Counted from the first letter of the stretch, positions 1 through 9,555 are shown. The stretch: DNA of 32,000 bases from Idiomarina loihiensis L2TR (GCF_000008465.1 NC_006512.1:510001-542000), one strand, 5' to 3'. Made by a program: numbers and translations. Notes: generated by a model not told the origin, from the letters alone.

Positions 1-431
1 GTGAAATATTCATAGGCGCTGTTATTGGGGCTTTGCATCCAAATGTGCGCTAAACCACCACGGCAGCCCAGTTCTTTGGCGGTTTCAATACTACGGAACA
101 ACAGTTCTTTGCCTATGCCCAGACCGCGTGCCTTTTCTGACACCGCCGCGCATTTAAAGTAGCACAGCTTCTCGGCTGGAATTGGCCAGGCGTCTGGGGT
201 GCAAAAATCATCGATTGGCCATTGTCCGGGCGCCAGGGTAATGCGCACGCCCAACGGGGTCTCGCCGCGCAAAGCTATCCAGTTCAACTGCACGTTACCC
301 GCGGTTCCGCCAGCCAGATACTGCTGGAAACTGTCTTCGTTCAGGTAGTTGTCGCCATGAACTTCGTTGGCCAGATCAATAACGGCCGCCATATCGGCAG
401 CCGTTATTTCACGATAAATAATATCGCTCAT
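1..431 (-). CDS. GNAT-family N-acetyltransferase, partial (C-terminus runs off the left window edge)
   Basis: Absent from the ORF track because no stop lies in the window. My translation of the minus strand from ATG 431-429 gives [30 protein letters not shown]...CAAVSEKARGLGIGKELLFRSIETAKELG..., open to position 1. It has the R-G-x-G-x-G acetyl-CoA motif. The ATG overlaps the ahcY stop (TAATG). Confidence 0.6.
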   Translation of the reverse strand, partial: MSDIIYREITAADMAAVIDLANEVHGDNYLNEDSFQQYLAGGTAGNVQLNWIALRGETPLGVRITLAPGQWPIDDFCTPDAWPIPAEKLCYFKCAAVSEKARGLGIGKELLFRSIETAKELGCRGGLAHIWMQSPNNSAYEYF

Positions 432-1810
432 TAGTAGCGGTACTCGTCTGTCTTAAACGGACCTTCCACATCAACGTGAATGTAGTTAGCCTGATCCGCG
501 GTTAGCTTAGTGATAACACCGCCGAAGCCCTGCACCATATAACGCGCGACTTCTTCGTCCAGTTGCTTAGGCAGAACTTCTACACGCAGATACTCTTCCT
601 GCTGTTTAATTTCCATGTCGGCAAATTTCTGTTCGAACAAGTGAATTTGAGCAAGTACCTGGTTAGCAAATGAACCATCCATAATACGGCTGGGGTGACC
701 GGTTGCGTTACCCAAGTTAACCAGACGGCCTTCGGCCAGCAGTATCAGGTAGTCGTTGTCGTCGTCTGAACGGTAAATTTTATGAACCTGCGGCTTAATT
801 TCTTCCCAGCGCCAGTTTTTACGCATAAAGGCTGTATCAATCTCGTTATCGAAGTGGCCAATGTTGCAAACCAGAGCGGTAGGCTTAAGTGCCGCCAGCA
901 TGTAGCGGTCACACACGTCCATATTACCGGTTGTGGTGACAATCAGGTCGGTATTGCTCAGTAAGTCTTTGTTGATGTTGTCGCCGGTACCGTTGTTTTT
1001 GCCTTCAAGGTAAGGAGAAACCACTTCAAAGCCGTCCATGCAGGCCTGCATGGCACAAATTGGGTCAATTTCGCTGATTTTAACAATCATGCCTTCCTGA
1101 CGCAGGCTAGCGGCAGAACCTTTACCCACATCACCGTAACCAACTACCAGAGCTTTCTTACCTGACAATAAGTGGTCAGTGGAACGCTTAATGGCATCGT
1201 TTAGTGAATGACGGCAGCCGTACTTGTTGTCATTTTTTGACTTAGTTACGGCATCGTTCACGTTAATGGCCGGTACTTTCAGAGTGCCTTTTTCCAGCAT
1301 ATCGAGCAAACGGTGAACACCGGTAGTGGTTTCTTCAGTAATGCCGTGAACTTTCTCCAGCATCTGCGGGAATTCGTCGTGGATCATCAGGGTTAAATCA
1401 CCGCCGTCGTCCAGAATCATGTTGGCATCCCACAATTCGCCGTCTTTGTGACAAGTCTGCTTTAAGCACCAGTCGTATTCTTCTTCGGTTTCACCTTTCC
1501 AGGCAAATACCGGCACACCGGCAGCAGCCATAGCGGCAGCAGCGTGGTCCTGAGTAGAGAAAATGTTGCACGACGACCAACGCACTTCGGCACCCAGTTC
1601 AAGCAAAGTTTCAATCAACACGGCGGTTTGAATGGTCATGTGAATACAGCCAATAATACGAGCACCTGCCAGTGGTTTGCTGTCAGCGTATTTACGGCGG
1701 ATAGTCATCAACGCCGGCATTTCAGATTCAGCAATCGCAATTTCCTTGCGGCCCCATTCGGCTAAGCTAATATCTGCTACTTTGTAGTCTTGTGAATTTT
1801 CTGCACTCAT
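431..1810 (-). CDS. ahcY: S-adenosyl-L-homocysteine hydrolase (adenosylhomocysteinase)
   Basis: 459-aa ORF with N-terminal [19 protein letters not shown]-binding [10 protein letters not shown] and a C-terminal KTDEYRY tail, all typical of the family. Confidence 0.95.
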   Translation of the reverse strand: MSAENSQDYKVADISLAEWGRKEIAIAESEMPALMTIRRKYADSKPLAGARIIGCIHMTIQTAVLIETLLELGAEVRWSSCNIFSTQDHAAAAMAAAGVPVFAWKGETEEEYDWCLKQTCHKDGELWDANMILDDGGDLTLMIHDEFPQMLEKVHGITEETTTGVHRLLDMLEKGTLKVPAINVNDAVTKSKNDNKYGCRHSLNDAIKRSTDHLLSGKKALVVGYGDVGKGSAASLRQEGMIVKISEIDPICAMQACMDGFEVVSPYLEGKNNGTGDNINKDLLSNTDLIVTTTGNMDVCDRYMLAALKPTALVCNIGHFDNEIDTAFMRKNWRWEEIKPQVHKIYRSDDDNDYLILLAEGRLVNLGNATGHPSRIMDGSFANQVLAQIHLFEQKFADMEIKQQEEYLRVEVLPKQLDEEVARYMVQGFGGVITKLTADQANYIHVDVEGPFKTDEYRY

Positions 1811-1857
1811 AGTGACTCTCTTTTTCAGTGATTTCTGTCAGTGAATTTTAAGTAAAT

Positions 1858-2868
1858 TCAAGCAGTTTGGGCGCTCATAACGCGCTCAATTAATTGTTGC
1901 TGTCGGTCTTTATTCAGTCGGGGACCAAATTCAGTGACCAGCTCCGCCGCCGCATGGCTGGCTAAACGACCAGCGTCTTCCAGCGACATATTACGCGTTA
2001 AACCATAAAGCATAGCACCAGCAAACATGTCGCCTGCACCATTGGTATCAATGGCTTTAACCGGCACGCCCGGAATATGTACCTGACGTTCACGGTTAGC
2101 AATTACAGCACCGTCTTTACCTAAAGTAATAGCAACCGTGTCGGCCTGCTTTAGTAATACGGATAAAGCCGCCTGAGGATCGTCCTTACCGGTTAATAAT
2201 TCTGCTTCTTCGCGGTTGCAGAACATTAAATCGACACCACCATCCAGAATTTCATCAATTCCGCTACGGAAAAACTTCACCATGGCAGGGTCAGAGCAAG
2301 TCATAACCAGCTTTGTATTGTTTTCCCGTGCCACTTTTTTCGCATGCTGAATCGCGCCACGCGCAATTTCTGAGGTAATTAAATAACCTTCAATATAAAG
2401 GTAGTCTGCCGCTGCAATGGCATGGTCGTCAATTTCCGCACTAGATAAATCGGCCGTTATGCCCAAATGAGTACGCATGGTGCGTTCGGCGTCAGGAGTC
2501 ACCATAACCAGACAGCGCCCAGTAGTGCCCGGATTCTTTTGTTGGTGAAGGCTGGTTTCTATGCCTATTTTTTCTAAATCCTGACGGTAAAACATGCCTG
2601 CTTCGTCGTCAGCAACTTTACAGCAGTAGTAGGCCTTGCCGCCGAATTGAGCGAAAGCCACCAACGAGTTAGCTGCTGAGCCACCGCCGCTTTGCTTTTT
2701 CAATTCGCCCAGTTGGCTTAGTTCTGCAATCAGAGTGTTTTGAGCGTATTCATCAATCAGCTCCATCATGCCTTTTTTTAAATCGTGCTTTTTCAGGAAG
2801 TCCTCAGAGACTTCAAACTCCTGATCCACCAGCGCATTGCCAATGCCGACTACATCAATGGTTTTCAT
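1858..2868 (-). CDS. PfkB-family sugar/nucleoside kinase (adenosine-kinase-like)
   Basis: 336-aa ORF with the PfkB signature DTNGAGDMFAGAMLYG near the C-terminus and GGGSAANS near the N-terminus. Its position next to ahcY fits adenosine salvage, which is inference. Confidence 0.7.
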   Translation of the reverse strand: MKTIDVVGIGNALVDQEFEVSEDFLKKHDLKKGMMELIDEYAQNTLIAELSQLGELKKQSGGGSAANSLVAFAQFGGKAYYCCKVADDEAGMFYRQDLEKIGIETSLHQQKNPGTTGRCLVMVTPDAERTMRTHLGITADLSSAEIDDHAIAAADYLYIEGYLITSEIARGAIQHAKKVARENNTKLVMTCSDPAMVKFFRSGIDEILDGGVDLMFCNREEAELLTGKDDPQAALSVLLKQADTVAITLGKDGAVIANRERQVHIPGVPVKAIDTNGAGDMFAGAMLYGLTRNMSLEDAGRLASHAAAELVTEFGPRLNKDRQQQLIERVMSAQTA

Positions 2869-2917
2869 AATATTAAACGGTTGCTTATTAGGGCGCGTAG
2901 TATACCCGATGAGTCAC

Positions 2918-3874
2918 TCAGGGTCGATAAATGAACAAGGCAAAAAGTGCAATAAGCAGACAAGCAATGAAAAAGCCCTGCCATTGCCTTTGCCAGCGGG
3001 AAGCTCTCGGTATTAACAACTCGGCAGGTCGTCCATCAAAACGTTGTCTGGCGATACGAATTCCCTGCACTTGTATAGGCCCGCCCAAACTTACCCGGTG
3101 GCAATAGCTGAAGCTTTGCAGCCAGCTGAGCAAAATAGTAGAGAACAAAGGGTTACGTTTTAACGGCTGCAGCCTGAATTTATTACGCTGAAATAGCGCC
3201 ATAAACCGTGCTGCCAGGGCCAGTATAAATGAAGGTAAGAAATGCGTGATGGTGTGAAGCCAGTGTGTTGCCAGACCAAAGTGTCGGTACTTTGCCTGTG
3301 CAACCGGCCAAACCTGAGTCAGTTCAGAAAGGGTTCGTACTCCAAGAGCCGCCAGTGGCCCACCAACAAACCAGAAGAGCAAAGGTGTAAAGCGATGCTC
3401 CAGAATACTGGTTGCGCGCAGTTCGATGCTGGTTTTGGCAATGCCGTGTTCACTCAGTAAATCGCAGTCACGCCATGTTATGCGGCTTAGCCAGGCGCGG
3501 GCTGCGTTCTTACGGCCGCGCTGAAGATGGCTGTCGGCTAGTTTGACGGCGTGACTGACGGGTTGTTGACGCAGGCTAACCAGTAAAATTAACCAGCCAA
3601 TAGCTAAAGACACTTCAGCACCGGCAAATACAATGGCCGCTGGCAGTAATACCAGCAGTGACATAGTTAACCAGGCCAAAAAACCGGCAAGGCGTTGCTG
3701 GCCGACAGGGCGGTTGGGTCTGTTAACCTTGCCGCTCATGTAGGCGGCCATTAGCCGCAAAACGGCAAAGGGGTGCCACTGCTCCGGCCAGGGAAACCAG
3801 CGCTCTGCCAGCAAAGCTAGCAGAGCCAGAGCAACAGGTGATAATATAATGTCGGTTAAAAGTTCCGTGTTCAT
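2918..3874 (-). CDS. CobD/CbiB-family integral membrane protein
   Basis: 318 aa with multiple hydrophobic helices. The central block ITWRDCDLLSEHGIAKTSIELRATSILEHRFTPLLFWFVGGPLAALGVR resembles the CobD/CbiB core (RDT..L....I..A.IES..EN.......PLF....GG). No other cob genes are nearby. Confidence 0.5.
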   Translation of the reverse strand: MNTELLTDIILSPVALALLALLAERWFPWPEQWHPFAVLRLMAAYMSGKVNRPNRPVGQQRLAGFLAWLTMSLLVLLPAAIVFAGAEVSLAIGWLILLVSLRQQPVSHAVKLADSHLQRGRKNAARAWLSRITWRDCDLLSEHGIAKTSIELRATSILEHRFTPLLFWFVGGPLAALGVRTLSELTQVWPVAQAKYRHFGLATHWLHTITHFLPSFILALAARFMALFQRNKFRLQPLKRNPLFSTILLSWLQSFSYCHRVSLGGPIQVQGIRIARQRFDGRPAELLIPRASRWQRQWQGFFIACLLIALFALFIYRP

Positions 3875-3898
3875 GCAGCTATACTGCCACGGAGCAAG

Positions 3899-4450
3899 TT
3901 AAGCGGCAATTGGCTGTTTATTCTTATCTTTATTTGTGGGTACCGCGGCGCGTACATGTTCAGCCTGACGGATTTTACCGTGAATGTAGTCGTGTAGCTC
4001 GGCAACCCGATAACCAGGTTTTGCTTTAAAGCGCAGGAACGGCAGTCCGGCAGCGGCTAAGGTGTTTTTCAGGAATAAGTTACGTTTCTGCTGGTTCAGT
4101 GATGACTGACCCGGTTCCAGCTCGATAGCTGCTTTAACCTGCATGGTGTGAATGTCGCACAGCACATAGTCTAGAATGCGCTGGCTGGCTTTGTTGTGGG
4201 CATCTTTGCGTGCGGTTGAGGACAAGCCCGAGCGTACGGTTACAATGTCGCTTAACCGAACTTTAGTGAATATGCGAAAGCTGTCACCGACGGACTTTTC
4301 CAGTAGAGTCAAAAACTGATCTTCCTGCGCGGTGCACAAGGAAACGTCTTTTAGCTTATAAGGGTAGGGCACATAGTTTTCAGACATTCGGCTGGCAATA
4401 ATAGCCACCGCAATTAACACTACAACAAACAACAACAGGATAATTTCCAT
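3899..4450 (-). CDS. Membrane-anchored DUF2726-like (PD-(D/E)xK nuclease-fold) protein
   Basis: 183 aa with an N-terminal TM helix (MEIILLLFVVVLIAVAIIA). The DYVLCD...AIELE...LKNTLAAAGLPFLRF pattern resembles DUF2726. Confidence 0.45.
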   Translation of the reverse strand: MEIILLLFVVVLIAVAIIASRMSENYVPYPYKLKDVSLCTAQEDQFLTLLEKSVGDSFRIFTKVRLSDIVTVRSGLSSTARKDAHNKASQRILDYVLCDIHTMQVKAAIELEPGQSSLNQQKRNLFLKNTLAAAGLPFLRFKAKPGYRVAELHDYIHGKIRQAEHVRAAVPTNKDKNKQPIAA

Positions 4451-4452
4451 TT

Positions 4453-4493
4453 TTCACACCTCATCAGAAAATTGACGCTCTGTGAGGTGTGAA
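4453..4493 (-). promoter_or_regulatory. Perfect 11-bp hairpin whose 3' arm contains the Shine-Dalgarno of the DUF2726 gene
   Basis: ttcacacctca (4453-4463) pairs with tgaggtgtgaa (4483-4493) around a 19-nt loop. On the minus-strand mRNA the 3' arm reads tGAGGtgtgaa-aa-ATG. Confidence 0.35.
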
Positions 4494-4542
4494 GCAAAAG
4501 CTGTGCCAGTTATGGCTGCTTATGGAATTAATTTAACCTGAT

Positions 4543-5469
4543 TTACGCCGAGTAACCGCCGGGAACACCTTTGGTCGTGACACTCACTGCGTCGTGCGCG
4601 TGCAGTGACTCATAGTGGTTAACCCGCAACCAGAAATCACGGAAGTTCGACATCTGGTTTAACTGATGTTGTAAGCGACGCGAGGCGTCCTCACAGAACA
4701 TCAGGTTCTGTCCATTTAAACGCGCAAACTCTTGCTCGTCTTCACGTTTAACGGCGGCTTGTACTGGTGTTTTAAGAGCCCCTTCAATGGCGTCAATGAG
4801 TTCTACAATGGGAAAGTCATTAACACTGTCGCTTAAGGCAACTTTAACCTCAGCAACTGAACGTTGGCTGTGCGGTGTTGCAACAATACCTTCGGTGGAA
4901 CCCAGCCACTCGTGCATGATGCTGGCATCTACCTGTTCCTGACCGGCAAATTTCTCGCTAAAGGCATCCTGAATTAACTGGCGCGCTAAAGCCGCAGAGC
5001 AAGGGCAAGTCGATGAATAAGGGACATCGACAGACAACTCCAGCTTTAACTGACCCGCATCGTAGCGGCCGGTTAAGCTGACGGGGTACGCTTTCCAGCC
5101 CTGCTTTTTGCTAATCAGTGATTTGCGGCGCAGGTGATAGTCAAAATCAAACTTAATAAAGGCCTGATCACTGATGTCTTTATGACTTTCGATAAAGTCA
5201 TTCAGCAACTGCTTTAAAGTATCGTGACTGAGCTCACCTTCGGTCGACATTTTGTCCAGCAACAAATACAAGCGAGACATGTGAATACCCTTGGTTTTCG
5301 GGTTTTTCAAATTGACAAAAGCTTCCACTTTAGCTGCTACCGGGCGTTCTGGTACGCCGGCTGCTGCTACCATCAATGGAACTTCAATATTGCTCATGCC
5401 AACCCAATCGAGAGCTCCCTCTGTCTGGGCCTGCGTTTGGTTGGCTACGTCGGGCATAACTGTTGGCAT
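4543..5469 (-). CDS. folE2: GTP cyclohydrolase FolE2 (type IB)
   Basis: 308 aa with [15 protein letters not shown] and the C-terminal [12 protein letters not shown] motifs characteristic of FolE2/MptA-type GTP cyclohydrolase I. Confidence 0.85.
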   Translation of the reverse strand: MPTVMPDVANQTQAQTEGALDWVGMSNIEVPLMVAAAGVPERPVAAKVEAFVNLKNPKTKGIHMSRLYLLLDKMSTEGELSHDTLKQLLNDFIESHKDISDQAFIKFDFDYHLRRKSLISKKQGWKAYPVSLTGRYDAGQLKLELSVDVPYSSTCPCSAALARQLIQDAFSEKFAGQEQVDASIMHEWLGSTEGIVATPHSQRSVAEVKVALSDSVNDFPIVELIDAIEGALKTPVQAAVKREDEQEFARLNGQNLMFCEDASRRLQHQLNQMSNFRDFWLRVNHYESLHAHDAVSVTTKGVPGGYSA

Positions 5470-5510
5470 TCGTTGTGAACTCCAAGTGTCGTGAATATTG
5501 TCCGGCCTGT

Positions 5511-5524
5511 TTGATCTTGATCAA
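5511..5524. promoter_or_regulatory. Perfect FNR/CRP-family palindrome TTGAT-N4-ATCAA
   Basis: TTGATcttgATCAA read directly from the sequence. It lies in the divergent folE2/hpt intergenic region. Its centre is 41.5 bp upstream of a position that places CATTAT (5547-5552) as the -10 for the plus-strand hpt gene. Confidence 0.5.
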
Positions 5525-5653
5525 TGAGGCTCAGTCTAAAGGTGGGCATTATATCGCAGAATTTCACTAGGTGACACCGATTGCCCTAATCGATTCTGTC
5601 TGCACAGTGGTTGACTCAAAACAGGAATACGCCGAGGATAGGGTTTTGGATTG

Positions 5654-6019
5654 ATGGAGCATAAAAAGATGGCAGAAAAATCGGCGATAGACACCGAGTT
5701 ATTACAGCAATACGTCGATACCTTAGGCGTTGAAGGCGTGAATTCAACGCTGGCGACTTTTGACGGTATTATTCAAAGCTATGCGCAATTATTGCATCAG
5801 GCAGCTAAAAGCCGTAATGAAGACGAGCTACGCAAACAGGCGCATAAAGTTAAAGGTGCTTGCGGTTCAGTCGGTTTAACTGAGTTATCTAAGCTGATGG
5901 AAAAGGTTGAGAAAGACGAGTGGGAGTGGCCGGTAGCTGAGCGTTTATTAATTGAATGGGCCGATGCGGTTATTCCGCACCGACGCCAAATTGATGCCTG
6001 GTTAGCTGAGCATCACTGA
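5654..6019 (+). CDS. Histidine phosphotransfer (Hpt) domain protein
   Basis: The ORF-track start at 5651 is TTG. An ATG lies at 5654, and an alternative ATG at 5669 is preceded by GGAG. Hpt signature [12 protein letters not shown] (HxxKG). Confidence 0.7.
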   Translation: MEHKKMAEKSAIDTELLQQYVDTLGVEGVNSTLATFDGIIQSYAQLLHQAAKSRNEDELRKQAHKVKGACGSVGLTELSKLMEKVEKDEWEWPVAERLLIEWADAVIPHRRQIDAWLAEHH

Positions 6020-6734
6020 GCTTGCTGATCAACCTCGCCGATAAAGCGATAGCCTTCACCATGGATGGTGGTTATTAAGTTCGGTGTTTCCGGGTGAGAC
6101 TCAAAATGCCGACGAATGCGACGAATGGCAACGTCAACGGTACGGTCATTCGGACGCAGTTCGCGATCCAGCATACGTTTAACCAGTGTTTCACGGTCAA
6201 GAATGCGGCCCGGGTTAGATAAAAATACTCCAACGCACGATACTCACTTTTCGGCAAGCGGAACATTTGGTTTTCCGGTGAGTACAGGCAGCGACTGTCG
6301 CTGTTCAAACGCCAGCCATGGAACTGGAATTCAACACTGTTGTTTTCAACCGGACTGCCTGAGCGTGATGCTTCAATACGGCGACACAGGTTGCGTACAC
6401 GAATTGTCAGCTCTTTTGGGTTATAAGGTTTAATGAGGTAGTCATCAGCCCCTAACTCCAGTGCTAACAGGCGGTCATCTTCGCTGTCACGACCGGTTAA
6501 GAAAATTAACCCAATGTTGTCGCTTTCACGTAAGGATTCCGCAAGTTCCAGACCATTTTTACCTGGCAAATTGACGTCCATAATTACGACATCCACACGT
6601 TCCTGACGCATGATGTTTTCCATTTGCAGGCCATCAGCAGCATCAAAAACTTCGTAGCCTTCTTGTTGGAATAGACGTGTGAGGGTCTGGCGCGTAACAA
6701 CTTCGTCTTCAACAATCAGTATTCTGGCATTCAT
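6013..6734 (-). pseudogene. arcA: ArcA-like OmpR-family response regulator, interrupted by a 1-nt frameshift between the receiver and winged-helix domains
   Basis: The N-terminal 170 aa (ILIVEDEVVTRQTL...VIMDVNLPGKNG...FLTGRD...GADDYLIKPYNPKELTIRVRNL...[12 protein letters not shown]) align closely with my recollection of E. coli ArcA. After the A5 run at 6221-6225 the tracked frame becomes nonsense. The -1 frame instead reads [69 protein letters not shown], ending with a stop at 6013-6015. Confidence 0.8.
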
Positions 6735-6834
6735 AAGCGTTGATTTTCCCGGAAAGTTCGTCGCTGTGCGTACGGTGTTGAACTTATATTTATAAAAGTT
6801 ATGACGTTACATTATGACTTTTGTTTGAGATTTT

Positions 6835-8454
6835 TCAAGCATTGCTGACCAAAGTGACAGGAAAACGGACAATAAACTCCACGCCGTTCTTTTCTTCACT
6901 AAAGAAGTGAATGTTTCCGCCCAGTACCTGAGTCACTAAATTGTAGACCAAATGCAGACCCAGCCCGCTGCCGCCGGAACCTCGTTTGGTGGTCACAAAA
7001 GGGTCAAATATTTTACGGTTAATATCACTGGGAACACCTTTACCATTGTCGGTATAAACCATTTCCAGCTTGTCATCACCTACCATAGTAAAGCTAATGT
7101 CCACTCGTCCGCTGCTATACCCTTCAAAAGCATGGATCATAGAATTGACAATAAGGTTAATAAGCACCTGATTTAACGGTCCGGCTTTAGCGCGCACAGT
7201 CAGCCCTTCAGGGCATGAAATACGGATAGGGAATTTCTCCGGGTCCAGACGTCTGGGCTTAACCGAAATAAGAACATCGTTCATGAACGACGGAATATGA
7301 ATATCCCGGTCAATTTCTGATGACTGATCAACTGCCACCTGCTTGAAGCTGGTAACCAGATCCGCCGCCCGGCCCAAATTACGGTAAATAATTTGCAGGT
7401 TTTCATCGCAATCACTTAAAAAGCGCTCGAACTCTGAGGTTGAAATTCGCTTCTCGTCGAATTTCTCCTGCATTATCGTTAATTTGTCCTGCAGCAAAGT
7501 GGAAGCGGTAACTGACAGACCTATTGGTGTATTAACCTCGTGGGCAATACCGGCCACCATGTCGCCCAGTGACGCCATTTTTTCCGATTCAACCAGTTGC
7601 CCCTGATACTGGTGCAATTGTTCCAGTGTTTTAAGCAACTCACTGTTGGATTCTTTTAGTGCCTGGGTACGCTGAGTAACCTGACGTTCCAGCTCGGTAT
7701 TTAACTGACTGGCTTCTTCTTCGGCCCGGCGCTGCCGGCTAATGTGTTGCTGCACACGATCAAGCATGGTGTTAAATGCGTGCGCCATCATATCGAATTC
7801 AACCAGCTTTGACGGCGCCAGGCGCAATGAATAGTTTTTGTCCCGGGCAACCTGAGAAATCACATCAACTACGCTGTCTAATGGCGTGACAATAGTCTTT
7901 CGCAAGCGCAAAGTTATTAGCCAGCAAAGTAGCAGTGTCAGTACGAAAACCACGCTGGCAATGCCAATTGAGCGCCACATGAATAAGCGGGCCTGCTCCA
8001 GTGAGCCACGCAAATACACGTAACCAATGACTTCATCGTCAAGTACTACGGGCTGAGAAACTTCAATGTAGTTGTCGTTAGTTTGCGGTGTTGTCAGTTT
8101 ATCCAGTTTAGCGAACCGCGCCGGAATAGGGGGCAGGCCTTTTTTATTGTAGCTCGAGAAAAAGGTCAGTTCGTTACTGGTTTCATCCATTTTGTAGACA
8201 TGAACATGCTGAATAAACGAGGTGTTCTCTAATGAACTCAGGCGTTGTTTTTCGTTAGCGTTGTCATTAAAAACTAAGCTGCTGGCAGCGTTGCCAGCCA
8301 CAATGCGGGAATAAGACAAAGCCTGGTCATGCAATGATTCCTGATATTGTGCAACCTGGCTCACAATATTAACCGTAAAACCGACGAGAAGCGCGAAGCT
8401 GGTGACCAACAACACGATATAAATCAGTATGCGCTTCAGTGAAATGGTATGCAT
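6835..8454 (-). CDS. Sensor histidine kinase (two TM helices, periplasmic domain, HAMP/coiled coil, HisKA, HATPase); no receiver or Hpt domain
   Basis: 539 aa. Phospho-acceptor box AGIAHEVNTPIG, N box LINLIVNSMIHA, G boxes DNGKGV and GSGLGLHLV. Confidence 0.85.
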   Translation of the reverse strand: MHTISLKRILIYIVLLVTSFALLVGFTVNIVSQVAQYQESLHDQALSYSRIVAGNAASSLVFNDNANEKQRLSSLENTSFIQHVHVYKMDETSNELTFFSSYNKKGLPPIPARFAKLDKLTTPQTNDNYIEVSQPVVLDDEVIGYVYLRGSLEQARLFMWRSIGIASVVFVLTLLLCWLITLRLRKTIVTPLDSVVDVISQVARDKNYSLRLAPSKLVEFDMMAHAFNTMLDRVQQHISRQRRAEEEASQLNTELERQVTQRTQALKESNSELLKTLEQLHQYQGQLVESEKMASLGDMVAGIAHEVNTPIGLSVTASTLLQDKLTIMQEKFDEKRISTSEFERFLSDCDENLQIIYRNLGRAADLVTSFKQVAVDQSSEIDRDIHIPSFMNDVLISVKPRRLDPEKFPIRISCPEGLTVRAKAGPLNQVLINLIVNSMIHAFEGYSSGRVDISFTMVGDDKLEMVYTDNGKGVPSDINRKIFDPFVTTKRGSGGSGLGLHLVYNLVTQVLGGNIHFFSEEKNGVEFIVRFPVTLVSNA

Positions 8455-8550
8455 TCAGTCTACGGCTCAATCTCTGAAAAAATTATATGTTTACTAATGT
8501 TAGCAAAGCGTTAACAAAAAAGGCATCGGTTAAACAAAAAAACGGCTTAT

Positions 8551-9555
8551 TTATCGACAAGTGGCATGGTAAACACGATAACGGCCATCGTCGGCTATAA
8601 CACTGCAGTTGCCAAACACCGATTCAATGACCTCTGGCCAGGGCAAGAAACGGTTCGCAACGACTCTAAAAACACCTTGCTTATTCAGGTGTTGCCGGGC
8701 ATTGCTAATAAATTCACGAGCAATTTCATAATCGGTTCTCTGTCCGGTGTGAAACGGAGGATTACTGACAATGAAATCAAACTGTCCGGCATTGTCCGGT
8801 ATGCCATCGGCTAAACGCAACTCAGTTTTTACTGGTTCATTGGCCAGCGTTATCTCACTGGCAGCAATGGCAATAGGACTCACATCACAGGCCATAAGTT
8901 CAGTGGCCACTGAAGCTAACTGCTTAGCGATAACTCCCGCACCGCAGGCAAAATCCATACCGCGGCCTTTGGGTAGATCCTTAATATGTTGCAGTAACAG
9001 CAAAGTTGCCGGGTCAATATGCTCACGACTGAATACGCCAGGCAAAGTAACAAAAGACTCTTGTTGCTGGTTTAATTCATAAGTGATGTTTTTGGCGTAG
9101 TCCTCAATCGAGGCGCTTTGATGAACCTGCTCATTGCGTTCACTGGCAAAAAGCAGGCAATGGTTTGCCGAAGCCAGTTTCTGCGGCGGCTGTAACCAGG
9201 CAGGCAAATGTTTCATTAAAGGTTGAATACCAGAGCGTTTTTCGCCGGCAAACCATACCGGAGTGCCAGTTGGTAATGACGCTAACTGTTCCAGTAAATA
9301 CTGATTCAGCTCTTTTTCCTTTGCTACCAGAAATAAAACACCGTCGTAATGACTAAGGTTAGGAGGTTGAATTTGGCAAAAAACCGGGCGCCCGGCTGCT
9401 TTCCAATAAGCCGCGTGACCCGCGTGAAAACTCCAGGCCGAGGCATTAGGTAAGGCAGATAATTCGCCACCACCGGGGTGAATAACCAATAATGAGCCAT
9501 TAGCCCAGGGTTGCGCGGACTGACGCCCAAGCATGGATAAAATTGCAGCTGACAT
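8551..9555 (-). CDS. rsmC: 16S rRNA (guanine1207-N2)-methyltransferase RsmC
   Basis: 334 aa with TLPGVFSRE, DFACGAGV and VSNPPFH motifs. The two-domain layout matches E. coli RsmC. Confidence 0.8.
   Translation of the reverse strand: MSAAILSMLGRQSAQPWANGSLLVIHPGGGELSALPNASAWSFHAGHAAYWKAAGRPVFCQIQPPNLSHYDGVLFLVAKEKELNQYLLEQLASLPTGTPVWFAGEKRSGIQPLMKHLPAWLQPPQKLASANHCLLFASERNEQVHQSASIEDYAKNITYELNQQQESFVTLPGVFSREHIDPATLLLLQHIKDLPKGRGMDFACGAGVIAKQLASVATELMACDVSPIAIAASEITLANEPVKTELRLADGIPDNAGQFDFIVSNPPFHTGQRTDYEIAREFISNARQHLNKQGVFRVVANRFLPWPEVIESVFGNCSVIADDGRYRVYHATCR

Noticed and set aside
222-434. Tracked 70-aa plus-strand ORF at the left edge
   Set aside because: It lies antisense to a much better minus-strand reading frame, a GNAT acetyltransferase that is open from 431 to position 1 and carries a cofactor motif. 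It is a shadow ORF.
3899-4450. The DUF2726 nuclease-fold protein, and separately the DUF342 protein at 9572-11278, as part of a defence or toxin system
   Set aside because: Each is a single gene embedded in conserved housekeeping context, with no partner genes such as a methylase, ATPase or antitoxin. There is no evidence beyond fold family.
5470-5650. A Zur box upstream of folE2
   Set aside because: FolE2 is zinc-regulated in several bacteria, but I found no AT-rich palindrome of the GTTATA-N-TATAAC type in this region. Only the FNR-type palindrome stands out.
6215-6232. Programmed -1 ribosomal frameshifting as the explanation for the arcA-like frame change
   Set aside because: The site reads tat-ttt-tat in the zero frame and does not form a canonical X XXY YYZ slippery heptamer. 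I also see no downstream stimulatory structure. A homopolymer indel or sequencing error is the simpler explanation.
6799-6818. The direct repeat ttatgac (6799-6805 and 6812-6818) upstream of the arcA-like gene, as an ArcA autoregulatory box
   Set aside because: The spacing is 13 bp rather than the 11-bp phasing known for ArcA direct repeats, and the sequence does not match the ArcA half-site.
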